Positions 46,601 to 55,737 of a stretch of 55,737 nucleotides of DNA are shown piece by piece. The stretch's first letter is position 1. The number at the start of each line of letters is the position of its first letter. The stretch is from Chrysochromulina tobinii (Eukaryota), in assembly GCA_001275005.1 (NCBI GenBank), contig JWZX01003112.1:1-55737 (forward strand), written 5' to 3'. The translations under genes were made by a program, and so were the position numbers. The notes under the pieces are model-generated. The model had not been told where the DNA came from. It saw only the letters and a program-made list of their open reading frames with translations, and made no database searches.

Positions 46601-47943
46601 CAAGGCTCGAGGACTCCGATGTGTTTATGCGTGCGGCGGCGGTCTCGACTCTTGGCCAGCTGGATGCGGCGACGCTCGCTCAGCACGCGCCCGCGATCCT
46701 CGCAAGGCTCGAGGACTCCGGTTCGGATGAACATATGGCGGCGGTCTCTTCGTACGTGCGTGCGGCGGCGCTCCTGACTCTTGGCAAGCTGGATGCGGCG
46801 ACGCTCGCTCAGCACGCGCCCGCGATCCTCGCAAGGCTCAAGGACTCCGATTCGGGTGTGCGTATGGCGGCGGTCTCGACTCTTGGCAAGCTGGATGCGG
46901 CGACGCTCGCTCAGCACGCGCCCGCGATCGTCGCAAGGCTCAAGGACTCCGATTCGGGTGTGCGTAAGGCGGCGGTCTCGACTCTTGGCAAGCTGGATGC
47001 GGCGACGCTCGCTCAGCACGCGCCCGCGATTGTCGCAAGGCTCGAGGACTCCGATTCGGGTGTGCGTTCCGCGGCGGTCTCGACTCTTGGCCAGCTGGAT
47101 GCGGCGACGCTCGCTCGGCACGCGCCCGCGATCGTCGCAATGCTCAAGGACTCGGATTCGGGTGTGTGTGAGGCGGCGGTCTCGACTCTTGGCCAGCTGG
47201 ATGCGGCGACGCTCGCTCAGCACGCGCTCGCGATCGTCGCAAGGCTCGAGGACTCCGATTCGGGTGTGCGTAAGGCGGCGGTCTCGACTCTTGGCAAGCT
47301 GGATGCGGCGACGCTCGCTCGGCACGCGCCCGCGCTCGTCGCAATGCTCAAGGACTCCGATTCGGGTGTGCGTGCGGCGGCGGTCTCGACTCTTGGCCAG
47401 CTGGATGCGGCGACGCTCGCTCGGCACGCGCGCGCGATCGTCGCAATGCTCAAATACTGGGATTCGGGTGTGCGTGAGGCGGCGGTCTCGACTCTTGGCC
47501 AGCTGGATGCGGCGACGCTCGCTCAGCACGCGCCCGCGATCGTCGCAAGGCTCGAGGACTCAGTGTCGGGTGTGTGTAGGGCGGCGGTCTCGACTCTTGG
47601 CCAGCTGGATGAGGCGACGCTCGCTCAGCACGCGCCCTCGCTCGTCGCAAGGCTCGAGGACTCCGATTGGGGTGTGCGTACGATGGCGCTCCTGACTCTT
47701 GGCAAGCTGGATGCGGCGACGCTCGCTCAGCACGCGCCCGCGATCCTCGCAAGGCTCGAGGACTCGGATTCGGATGTGCGTGCGGCGGCGGTCTCGACTC
47801 TTGGCCAGCTGGATGCGGCGACGCTCGCTCAGCACGCGCCCGCGCTCGTCGCAAGGCTCGTGGACTCTGTGTCAGGTGTGAGTTTTCCGCCGACCTCTTG
47901 CCATTGCGATAGATGCCTGCGACGGCAACTACACCAACAGTGA
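43693..47943 (+). CDS. Coiled-coil + HET (heterokaryon incompatibility-like) domain + 34-aa HEAT-like repeat protein (copy B)
   Basis: Intronless 1416-aa ORF. HET-like motifs AVSHRWEDP..PD, VWFDFWCMPQ, NLLYLGCQVL and YLSRFWTQFE. 26 full repeats between ~45180 and ~47860. Confidence 0.88.
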   Translation: MQHSFRALSSRIKGLTLLKQDSACSSTTYVAGDSPSAASPTVAANSADSSEELEKLRKDVERLNSDIEQLHGDKEQLNADNERLKDEVDRLRGENEQLNERLRFDPRQAVSEWLSRCMHLQPAGGVAAAAAEEAVAVRETAADGVAAAAEEAVAVRETLEESAAGECTFWFVSASHIRSLDLTTTITLPSFQELFKLNNASGGSVLEQRTLKAGVAYRQGYVSDLLAVSHRWEDPSAPDGAGAQLRAIRAYLDAHPEVVGVWFDFWCMPQGKQRTLAETVRFKHMLGNVNLLYLGCQVLALIDISYLSRFWTQFEAWLSMQEGSSAKGLRAASERRRRLQMVCLHNATTGSEDVKLQRMWCNVTPKMALELLSKPDVTVTNTGDKVTQLKKIEMLDGEVRQAWGVEAARALRAEAEEEGVAPNLPYGFSKEVLLGAGFTGVERAGVMARFAIRDRDLASAKAFGEFSLQERKAASAAFEFPMAALAPEVVDALAKFEDSDSGVRLEAVSTLGQLDAASLAPHAPALVAMLKDSVSYVRKAAVSTLAKLDAATLAQHAPALVARLEDSDSDVRMAAVSTLGLLDAATLARHAPAIVARLEDSDSGVRSAAVSTLGLLDAATLAQHAPAILARLKHSDSDVREAAVSTLGQLDAATLARHAPAILARLEDSDSGVRKAAVSTLGLLDAATLAQHVPAILARLEHSDWGVRAAAVSTLGLLDAATLAQHAPAILARLEDSEYPVRMAAVSTLGKLDAATLAQHAPALVARLEHSDWGVRRAAVSTLGLLDAATLAQHAPAIVARLKDSDSGVRKAAVSTLGKLDAATLARHAPAILARLKHSDSGVREAAVSTLGQLDAATLARHALAILAMLKNSDSGVRKAAVSTLGKLDAATLAQHAPAIVARLKHSDSGVREAAVSTLGKLDAATLARHAPAIVARLKDSDSGVRAAAVWTLGKLDAATLAQHALAIVARLEDSDVFMRAAAVSTLGQLDAATLAQHAPAILARLEDSGSDEHMAAVSSYVRAAALLTLGKLDAATLAQHAPAILARLKDSDSGVRMAAVSTLGKLDAATLAQHAPAIVARLKDSDSGVRKAAVSTLGKLDAATLAQHAPAIVARLEDSDSGVRSAAVSTLGQLDAATLARHAPAIVAMLKDSDSGVCEAAVSTLGQLDAATLAQHALAIVARLEDSDSGVRKAAVSTLGKLDAATLARHAPALVAMLKDSDSGVRAAAVSTLGQLDAATLARHARAIVAMLKYWDSGVREAAVSTLGQLDAATLAQHAPAIVARLEDSVSGVCRAAVSTLGQLDEATLAQHAPSLVARLEDSDWGVRTMALLTLGKLDAATLAQHAPAILARLEDSDSDVRAAAVSTLGQLDAATLAQHAPALVARLVDSVSGVSFPPTSCHCDRCLRRQLHQQ

Positions 47944-48046
47944 TGTTGACGTCGCCGAGGTAGGCCTTCGCCTCTTCGGTGACGAACAGCCGATTGGACG
48001 CATCATGGTCTGGAAGCGTAACGCATGGCCATGGAGGATAGAGCAT
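47885..48046 (-). pseudogene. N-terminal fragment of a guanylate-binding protein/atlastin-like GTPase
   Basis: LFVTEEAKAYL..VGVVAVAGIYRNGK resembles the GBP P-loop region (VVAIVGLYRTGKS). Truncated by the HEAT array. Confidence 0.6.
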
Positions 48047-48294
48047 GCCAGCATGGAGGCTACCATGTTTGTGTGCGCTCAGCGGCCATTACATGGTCGG
48101 TTCCCCTCGCCAGGCCGCAGCGAGCGCTGGTGAGGGACTTTTCTGAAGGGACTGATTGGATTTTGTAAAGCCGCGCCACTAGCCTACACGACAGCATACA
48201 TTTAGCTGTTTATAGGTACACTCGAAAACCGCGTCTTGCACTTCTCGCCGCGCCGCCGTGCGGTCGCGCGCAGTGCCCGTCCAGCGTGCGGTGT

Positions 48295-48460
48295 CACTGA
48301 GTTCAAAAACATAAATCAGGTGGTGGGGATAGTGTGTGAATCCAGAAACAATACCGTACCTCCCCCTACCCCTTTGGGTCAATCACTGAGTTCAAAATCA
48401 GGTGGGTGGGGATAGTGTGTGAATCCAGAAACAATACCTCCCCCTACCCCTTGGGTCAAA
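48295..48460. repeat. Tandem ~85-bp direct duplication
   Basis: CACTGAGTTCAAAA..GGGGATAGTGTGTGAATCCAGAAACAATACC..TCCCCCTACCCC..TTGGGTCAA occurs twice. Confidence 0.85.
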
Positions 48461-48510
48461 TCTGTGGGCATGTATTGGTATGCCGGCGCGCGGCGGTCCA
48501 TAAAACGCGT

Positions 48511-50841
48511 TCAAGATCCAAGCTTGTGGAAGCCGCCCATACTCTCGGGCGGGCCTGCAAACTGCTGGGCTAGTAGCCGCGGCTCGAGGGCGTCCAGCCC
48601 AATCTCGGCACGCATCGCGAGCGAGAAGCGCGCGAGCGCGCCTCCGTAGCACACGGGCACGATGGATGGGTCCACGTCCGCGCACAGCAGCTGCGCCGCC
48701 TTGGGAGCATCGACGGTGCGGAAGATGTGTAAGGTGTCCGTGATCTCCTTGGAGAGCATCGGCTTGAAGATCGCGTAGACGGCGTGCACCGTCGAGGGCG
48801 CGTTGAGCAGCAGCGACTTGCGAAGGTACAGCGGGTAGTGCAAGTCCGCAACCGGCGCGGTGCGTGCGAAGCGCTTGTACACCTTCCACAGGAAGCCGAG
48901 TGTGAACCCGGCGCCGTCGGAGACCATGTAGACCGACTTGAGCGTCCGATCCCCTTCAAGACAGAGCCGGTCGCATTTGACGGCGCGGTACTCCATGAAC
49001 GCGAGATTGCACCTCCAAAATTCGTCATCCGTCGTCGCCTCGAGCAGCGAGCTCCCATCGAGCCGATTGAGACCAAGACGGCCAGGTACGCACACCTCAA
49101 ACGGGTCTCCCCGGCGCGTAGTCCCGAGGAACGGATGGCCCGGGATGAAGACGTTGACCCGAGCGACCGCATCGCCCCAGCCGCCGCTCAGCTGCAGCAG
49201 AGGCACGCCGGCGAGGAGCTCGGCGCGTACCTGGTTCAGGCCCCTGCCCTCGCCCGACAGTCGCCATTCGATGGTACGACGGACCTGTTGAAGGGTCGGT
49301 GCCTCCTCCCACTTGTTGCTCACGCAGAAGCGGCAGTAGGTCGCAGCGCTGTACGCATCGAGCGGTGCGCCCGCGGCGTATGCCGCCTCGAGCACCCTGA
49401 TTAGGAAGGCGCGCTCATCAGGCGAGAGCGTGTCTAGGAATGCATGCGTCAGCGGTGCTGTGAGTACTTCGGCAGGTGAGAGGTGCGGCGGCTGAATGAC
49501 TCGTGCTGATCGGTTCTGATGGACCTCTGATTGGTTCTGATGATGGACCTCTGGTTGCGTACCATGGGCCTCTGGCTGCGTATGATGGACCTCTGATTGC
49601 GTCTGATGACCTCCGATTGCGAAACCCACTGCAGGAGAGAGACGGCCTGGCTTGGGAGCCGCCTCCGAGTCTGATTGCCTCTGATGGACTACCTCCAAGT
49701 CTGACGGGCTCTGATGGACTGCCTCCAAGTCTGAGCGCAGCGAAAGTGGCTTGTGACCGGGAGGCATGCCGACGGGTGGAGGCATGCCGACGGGTGGAGG
49801 CATGCCGACGGGTGGAGGCATGCCGACGGGTGGAGGCATGCCGACGGGTGGACTGGCGAAGCGAGTTCGTTCCTTATTGAGACCTGGGCTCGAGGGCAGC
49901 TGTGAATGTGACTGTGAACCTGGGCTCGAGGGCAGCTGCCGTGCCTCTGCGGCAGGCATGAGCGTGGCTCGGGAGTGCGTTCGTTTCCTGCCCGCGTCGC
50001 CGTTGGCCGGCTCGGGGGAGCTCAGGGGAGCTCGGTCGAGATCGGGGGAGCTCAGTGGAGCTCGGGTGAGATCGGGGGAGCTCAGCATCGGTGTTTGCCG
50101 CGTGCCGAGCGCCGTGCTGAGCGCCGGTGGGGTGAGCTCGAGGGCAGCTCCGAGCGCCGACGCAACGGATTGTCGGTGATGACCTATGATGGTCTGCGAG
50201 GACCGAAGCTCGAGGGCAGAGACGCCGCCGAGCTCCGCCGAAGCGAGCTCGAGCTCAGGGCCCCTCGAGCTCGGAGATTCAATCTGGCCCATCGAGCGCT
50301 CCTCCGCCTTCGCTGCGAGCGCTCCGATTTGCGGGATGGATGCGAAGGCGCTCGGACTGCCGGTGGAGGCGTTGTGGTGGGCGCTCGGACTGCCGGTGGC
50401 CTCGTCGTTGGAGGAGGCGCTGTGGTGGGCGCAACACCCACCTCTGATTCCGTACATGCGCCGAGCATCGGCATCAGCATACGCGGTCTTGGCATAGCTC
50501 GCATCGATCTCGGCCGCATCGGTCTCGGCGGCGTCCTTATAGAGCGCCTTTTCGACGTTGTTCTCATGGGTGCTCATGTGCTCCTCGAGCTCCACGTGCG
50601 AAGCACGTCTCTCTAGAGCTTCGATGCGTCCCTCGAGCTCGAGGAGCATGCCTCGTACGTGGCGCACTTGCACACCGACCACTCGCAGGAGCAGCTCCTG
50701 CGCTTGTACGTGCATCTCCTGCGGCTTCGCGGAGACCACGCTCACCTCCTCCGCGGAGATCTCGATGATCACGGGCTCGTCCACTTCCCGTGCAGCCACT
50801 TGGCACGGAGTCTGTGCCAAGGGGACCTCCGCGCCGACCAT
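48511..50841 (-). CDS. CRAL-TRIO/Sec14-domain lipid-binding protein
   Basis: RFCVSNKW..TIEWR, HYPLYLRKSLLLNAP..YAIFKPMLSKEITD and IVPVCYGG. Low-complexity N-terminal half with PPVGMP repeats. Confidence 0.82.
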   Translation of the reverse strand: MVGAEVPLAQTPCQVAAREVDEPVIIEISAEEVSVVSAKPQEMHVQAQELLLRVVGVQVRHVRGMLLELEGRIEALERRASHVELEEHMSTHENNVEKALYKDAAETDAAEIDASYAKTAYADADARRMYGIRGGCCAHHSASSNDEATGSPSAHHNASTGSPSAFASIPQIGALAAKAEERSMGQIESPSSRGPELELASAELGGVSALELRSSQTIIGHHRQSVASALGAALELTPPALSTALGTRQTPMLSSPDLTRAPLSSPDLDRAPLSSPEPANGDAGRKRTHSRATLMPAAEARQLPSSPGSQSHSQLPSSPGLNKERTRFASPPVGMPPPVGMPPPVGMPPPVGMPPPVGMPPGHKPLSLRSDLEAVHQSPSDLEVVHQRQSDSEAAPKPGRLSPAVGFAIGGHQTQSEVHHTQPEAHGTQPEVHHQNQSEVHQNRSARVIQPPHLSPAEVLTAPLTHAFLDTLSPDERAFLIRVLEAAYAAGAPLDAYSAATYCRFCVSNKWEEAPTLQQVRRTIEWRLSGEGRGLNQVRAELLAGVPLLQLSGGWGDAVARVNVFIPGHPFLGTTRRGDPFEVCVPGRLGLNRLDGSSLLEATTDDEFWRCNLAFMEYRAVKCDRLCLEGDRTLKSVYMVSDGAGFTLGFLWKVYKRFARTAPVADLHYPLYLRKSLLLNAPSTVHAVYAIFKPMLSKEITDTLHIFRTVDAPKAAQLLCADVDPSIVPVCYGGALARFSLAMRAEIGLDALEPRLLAQQFAGPPESMGGFHKLGS

Positions 50842-51316
50842 CGCCAAAGAGAATGTTTAATGTGTGAATGTGAATGAGTGTCTGTGTGACAGCGGGGGGC
50901 GTAATTTGACTGTACACACGGAACACACGGCCGAACCTCACACCCGACCCGACCCAACAACGCACACGCAGGACCTTCGTAACGGTAATCTCTCAAATTG
51001 TTTGTGAACTGGCTGCCCGGGTGCCTGTGAACGTGTTGCAGCTGTTGCCCTACGTTCCTTCTCGCGTCACATGGGTGATAGCGTGGCCTCCACAGTCGGC
51101 ATGCACTCCTGTCCTCTCCCCTCGCCGCCGCTCGCACTCGGCCCCCTTTTGGGGCCCACGCACACACTCGATGCACACGTATGGAGCATGGCACGGCGCC
51201 GTAGTTCCACGACTCCTCCCGTGGGGCGCCTTGGTACCTCGTTACACTCAGATCCACGTGACACTCAGCACGAGGTGCATCGCCAGACTGGCCGGGTCGT
51301 GCGCGAGGGCCGTCGC

Positions 51317-53167
51317 TCAGATGATAATGGGCTTCCCCATCTTCTTCGCGCCGTTGGTGATCGAGGTCGTCTTCGCCGTCTTGGGCCCGACGCAGCACCC
51401 CTCAGTCCAGCACTGGCCGCAGCTCGCGTACATCGCGAAGATGGCCACGATGATGTTGCAGATGCCCGGCCCGAAGAGGTTGACGGCGCTGCCGAAGAAG
51501 GATGTGACGCACACGCACAGGTTGCCAAAGATCGCGACCGGATCCTGCGCGGCGTTCAGCATATTCTGCAGGTCGCTCGAGCTGCTGGCAGTAGTATTGG
51601 ATGGCATGCGCGCCATCGCCGCGGTTGCGTCCTGAAGCGTTTGCTCGAGCGTCGGCAGGGTGGTCTCGCAGATGCCGGTGCTCGTTGAAAGGATCGATTG
51701 GGCCTCTTCGAGCTGCACGAGGGGCCCAAGGGCGGCAGCAATCACGCCGACGATGATGCTCAGGATGATCCAGACGTACGCGATCAAGAGGAAGAGCTTT
51801 GAGCAGCACGAGCACCACGATTTGCCCGCATTGTACGCGCACATGCTCTGGAGGAACATGAAGAGGGCGGACAACGCGGCGGGGATGGCGACGAAGATGT
51901 TGAGCAGATTGAGGACGGGACGGATCGGGTCGATCAGGCTGAAAATGGACTCGAACCCCCCGATCGCGGACCGCGCTTGCGCAGACTCGGAGTCGCGCAG
52001 CTCAAAGATCTCGTCGATGATGCAAATGATGCTGGCCTGTGTGTCCGTCATCGCTGTGTACAGCAGAAAGCCGCCGCCGAGCATGAAGATGGCCGCGCAG
52101 TCTGTGGTGAGGGCCCAGCCGCTCGACGCGTAGACGGAGCAGCATCCCGTTGAGCAGCAGCCGCCGCGCGAAGGCATCGTCCCAGCCTTCTTCATGTCCT
52201 CCTTGTACTGGCGCGACGCGCACTGGGAGCCGATGACGCACGCGAGGCAGAAGAGGGCGCCGCAGACGCACGCGAAGATGATGATGTTGACATAGTCGAG
52301 CGTGCCGCTGCCGATGGTGGCGCTCACGCTGATGCTCAGGCTCGAGGTGGTTGTCACGCCCAGCGATTGCTGGAAACCTGCTGTAGACCAGTCGGTCTGG
52401 AGGAGGGCAGCGGCCGCGTTGGCGGTCGCATCATCGGTGTAGAAGACCGTCACGTCGACGACCATCGAGCCCGAGAGGATGGTCATCGTCATGTGATCGA
52501 GCGACATCTGCAAGAAGGGGTCGAGGCTGTTGCGGATCGTGTTCTTGATCTGATCGCGCTCCACGGGGAAGAGGTCCTCAGGGTTCTGCGACGCCGTGAA
52601 GCTGATATCGAGGATGGCCCTCGCGTTGGTGACGTGAGCGGGGACGCTGCCGATACCGCTGAGGGCCGCGGTCATCCCCGTGGGGTCGGGCACGCCGGTC
52701 ATTTCTGCGATGATCTTGTCGCCAAGCTGCTCGGCCTTCTCCGAGGAGACTGGGCCGCATGTCGCCGGGGGCGCTGGCGGCGATGGGGTGCCTACTACGC
52801 CAGCGGAGCACGCGAGGATGTAGTCGGTGAACTCAGTCGCCGTCACGCCGTTGTCGTTGCTGGTGTCTGCCTTGTCGAACGCAACGGCGACGCCATTGCT
52901 GCCATACGTCGCAATCAGGTCGTTCTCAATGCCGAGCAGCCAGACCATGCGCGCCCACTCACCCGCGTTCTCGAACTTCGTGTTGTTGTTGCCGGAACCG
53001 GTAGAGGGCTTGGTCCACCCTCCGAGGGCGCTGGTCAGCCCGTCCGTTTTCGAAAGCAGGGTGGCGACGTAAGGCTCAAACCATTGCGTTCCCGTCAAGC
53101 GCCGCGCCGCTGCCGCGTCGACCAGCGAAACAATCGCGAGTACCGAGAAGAGGCGGCACTTCATCAT
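51317..53167 (-). CDS. Signal-peptide, Cys-rich multi-pass membrane protein with an EF-hand-like motif
   Basis: 616-aa intronless ORF with signal peptide, DKADTSNDNGVTATEF and about 5 TM helices flanked by CC motifs. Confidence 0.7.
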   Translation of the reverse strand: MMKCRLFSVLAIVSLVDAAAARRLTGTQWFEPYVATLLSKTDGLTSALGGWTKPSTGSGNNNTKFENAGEWARMVWLLGIENDLIATYGSNGVAVAFDKADTSNDNGVTATEFTDYILACSAGVVGTPSPPAPPATCGPVSSEKAEQLGDKIIAEMTGVPDPTGMTAALSGIGSVPAHVTNARAILDISFTASQNPEDLFPVERDQIKNTIRNSLDPFLQMSLDHMTMTILSGSMVVDVTVFYTDDATANAAAALLQTDWSTAGFQQSLGVTTTSSLSISVSATIGSGTLDYVNIIIFACVCGALFCLACVIGSQCASRQYKEDMKKAGTMPSRGGCCSTGCCSVYASSGWALTTDCAAIFMLGGGFLLYTAMTDTQASIICIIDEIFELRDSESAQARSAIGGFESIFSLIDPIRPVLNLLNIFVAIPAALSALFMFLQSMCAYNAGKSWCSCCSKLFLLIAYVWIILSIIVGVIAAALGPLVQLEEAQSILSTSTGICETTLPTLEQTLQDATAAMARMPSNTTASSSSDLQNMLNAAQDPVAIFGNLCVCVTSFFGSAVNLFGPGICNIIVAIFAMYASCGQCWTEGCCVGPKTAKTTSITNGAKKMGKPIII

Positions 53168-53429
53168 CTGCGTCTTTTTCGCCGCTTTTTGGGGCGGTCG
53201 TCACATACATTATGTTTTTTTTGCGAAGCAGCTCGAAAAAAAAAATTCTGTGCAATTCAACTATTCGGCCGTTTATTATGATTGAAAGAGACCACAACCA
53301 TGGGACTCTTTTTTTTCTGATTGAATCTGAAAGTCCTTTTGATGCGCGAACTGTGGGGAAACTCGCTGTGGGAATCTCGAGAAACGTGTCACGAGGTCGG
53401 CAACAAGCCTTTGCCTGTGCCGCATCTGC

Positions 53430-54089
53430 AGGCGCACGCGCAGAGGCTACCGCAGCTGAGCGTGAGGGGCCGCCTGACGAGGACGACACTGTCTGGAACG
53501 TGGACGCAGATGAAGAGTTTGGCGCCTCAGCGCCAAGACGTGCAGATTTGAACATCGTCCTCGCCAATGGGCGCGGCGATGCAGGCTTCAGGCAGAGCGG
53601 CCGAGGACTGATCAGTGTCCACTCGACGGTCGAGCCCGACGAGCGAGCGTACGCGCTCGAAGCATACATGAATGCGATCTTCGCCCAGGCCGTCGCCGAG
53701 CGGCGGCCGGTCGCGAGGGCAACTCGCGCTGTGTGCTGCTCGTGGCGTGCTCGTGGCGTGCTCGTGCCGCCAATGCCAGCGACGTGCAGGAGGTGCACAC
53801 GACGCGCATAGAGGCAGGGTACGAATGCTCTCGATGGGGCGATCTGCTGCGCGTCCTCGCTGTCGGCGCAGTCGATCCCGATGGCGCGCCGAAGCCCGCG
53901 CAGCTGGTCGGACGCATCTACGTCGAGTTCGAGAACGCTGAGGCTGCGGGCCGAGTGCGCGCGCTCGATGGATGGACGTTTCTGTGCCCGATGACGCGCC
54001 CATGCCCGCGGAGCAGGTCGGACGCATTTTTTTCGTGTTCGAGGACGCAAAGGCTGCGGCCGAGTGCGCGCGCGCGCGACGCGCCTTGA
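53430..54089 (+). pseudogene. Possible frameshifted RRM/UHM (U2AF-like) gene
   Basis: ECSRWGDLLRV..VGRIYVEFENAEAA..ALDGWTF resembles a UHM-type RRM. The upstream part lies in another frame. Confidence 0.45.
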
Positions 54090-54519
54090 CGCTGTACCGG
54101 TACTGGTGTTAATTATTAAATGCGCCACCAGAATTTTTTTTTTTCGTCGTCGTCACATTACGCTTTTCATTTTATCAATCGAACCAAAACGATGCGCGCA
54201 TGTCTCGGTCATGTAATTTGGGGCTGTCGAGAACACCTCTCCTCTCATTCACAAGTGAAGAGACAAGCGAAGCGGCATTGCCTGAGTGTCAAACAGCGTG
54301 CTGTGGGGATTGAGAGGTGTTTACTCGACAGGCTTGGTCGTTTCAAAGCTCCATACATTGTAAATTGACCCGTGGCTGTCGCGAAAATGCGCGGCGTCGT
54401 TAAAAATGTCCGTCCCGGGCACTCGTGTTAGAAGTCACACAGACACACATTCACAATCCAGGAAATCTCTCCTCCGTAGCGCTGGGCCCCGTTTGCTGGC
54501 CTGTTGCCAGTAGTCAGGT

Positions 54520-54563
54520 AGTTCAGTTCAGTTCAGTTCAGTTCAGTTCAGTTCAGTTCAGTT
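54520..54563. repeat. (AGTTC)n microsatellite
   Basis: About 8 perfect copies. Confidence 0.95.
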
Positions 54564-54959
54564 GGCGTCCTTCGCCGTCCCTCTCTTCCTGACCCCTCCG
54601 GCGCAAGCGATCGGGAGGACACGGCGCGGCGCAATTGGCATGGCTGGAAGAGTGGTGCTGGCATGGCGTCTGCAACATGCTATGGGTGCAACACCGGAGG
54701 TGTTGGCGCAGGACGCTGAGAGAGAGAGAGAGCAGCAGAGAGAGGCGGGTCGGCGACGGCGCGGGCAGCAGCGGCAGTGAGGCTGGGCGAGCGCATGAAG
54801 GCGATGGCGGCGACATGGGCTGCGTGGGCGTCGATGGCAAGTACATCGGCAAGTTGCAGCAGGACCGGTCTGAGCACGCGATGCAACTGAGTCCGGCACT
54901 GCCCCTTGGGGTGTGAGTCGGGACCGGTGTGCGCGCGGGCTTGTTGATCACGAGCACCT

Positions 54960-55515
54960 CGGTCGAGGCACCTATGTCCCCCTCTTTCTCTCCCCCAATC
55001 CCCCCTCTCTATCTATTCTCTTCGATCTCTATCTGTACTCTGAGGGCACGCAGGCTAGCACCCTGTGGCGTGTCTCCTCCTGGTCTCCTTCGCTCGTGCT
55101 CCTTCCGTTGTGTCTCACCATCTCCGACGACTCTCACCCTCACTGCTAGCTTAGAGAGCACATTCGATAGGCTTCCGGGAGGAGGTTCCAGTCCTGCGCC
55201 TTCATTGTGCTGCAGTACGGGCCTTCTTGCTTGCGTTTTGATCATCTCGACGAGTGTGACGCGGTGCCGACCGGCCTCGAGCTCCTTGGTCGAGCAGGCG
55301 CCTATGCTCCCCTCTTTCTCTTCCCCAATCCCCCTCTCTCTTTCGTTTTCTTCGATCTCTATCTGTACTCTGAGGGCACGCAGGCTAGCACCCTGTGGCG
55401 TGTCTCCTCCTGGTCTCCTTCCCGTTCGTGTTCCTTCCGTTACCCGTTGTGTCTCACCATCTCCGACGACTCTCACCCCCACTGCTAGCTTAGAGAGCAC
55501 ATTCGATAGGCTTCC
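54960..55515. repeat. Two ~220-bp direct repeats (54960-55176 and 55288-55515)
   Basis: Shared CCTATG..TTCGATCTCTATCTGTACTCTGAGGGCACGCAGGCTAGC..GAGAGCACATTCGATAGGCTTCC. Confidence 0.9.
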
Positions 55516-55737
55516 ATTAGGTTGTCTGTTGTTTACGAAGTAACTTGAACTTGAACTCGCCTCGGGGCCGGGACACAGTACCGTAGTTCTCTACTTGTAG
55601 CCCTGGCAGACTCGGACACATACGACTCGTCACACACGACACGCAGGGCCAGCGCGAGCGCGCGCGAGGCTTGCTCGCGGCGCAGCCGCCCCCTCGGACG
55701 CGCACCATCCCCGTCAGTCGCTCCTCTGCCGCCTCGG

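Noticed and set aside
45180..47860. CRISPR-like regular repeat with variable segments
   Set aside because: The units are in-frame coding repeats with point variation rather than unique spacers. There are no cas genes and the context is eukaryotic.
45180..47860. True TALE or TPR assignment based on the 34-aa length
   Set aside because: The consensus (L.D.D..VR.AA...LG.L) is HEAT/PBS-like and lacks TALE (LTPEQVVAIAS) or TPR signatures.

Overview
GC-rich, gene-dense eukaryotic DNA with spliceosomal introns. The composition and intron style resemble a haptophyte alga such as Chrysochromulina; this assignment is an inference. About 19 protein-coding genes or gene parts are present: a SANBR/KIAA1841-like gene joined to the 3' half of an RRA-type GT77 arabinosyltransferase, a phosphatase-choline kinase fusion, a SET protein, DIS3/RRP44, an ShK-cyclophilin, a TupA-like ATP-grasp protein, a DTW protein, a membrane metzincin-PDZ protein, an EF-hand protein, an ankyrin-CaaX protein, an OTU deubiquitinase, a giant PDZ protein, a sulfotransferase-ShK protein, a DUF3431-like protein, a Sec14 protein and a multi-TM protein. 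Two systems stand out. (1) Two intronless, divergently oriented paralogs carry arrays of near-identical 102-nt/34-aa HEAT-like repeats that vary only at a few positions. One copy has a HET domain cassette and ends in a GBP-like GTPase fragment. Together they are a candidate diversifying immune-receptor family. (2) A family of introns is built from a copy of the downstream exon start plus a shared ~40-nt core. One 76-nt member occurs in two unrelated genes, suggesting an introner-like intron-generating mechanism. No rRNA, tRNA or CRISPR array was seen. Exon boundaries were read by eye.
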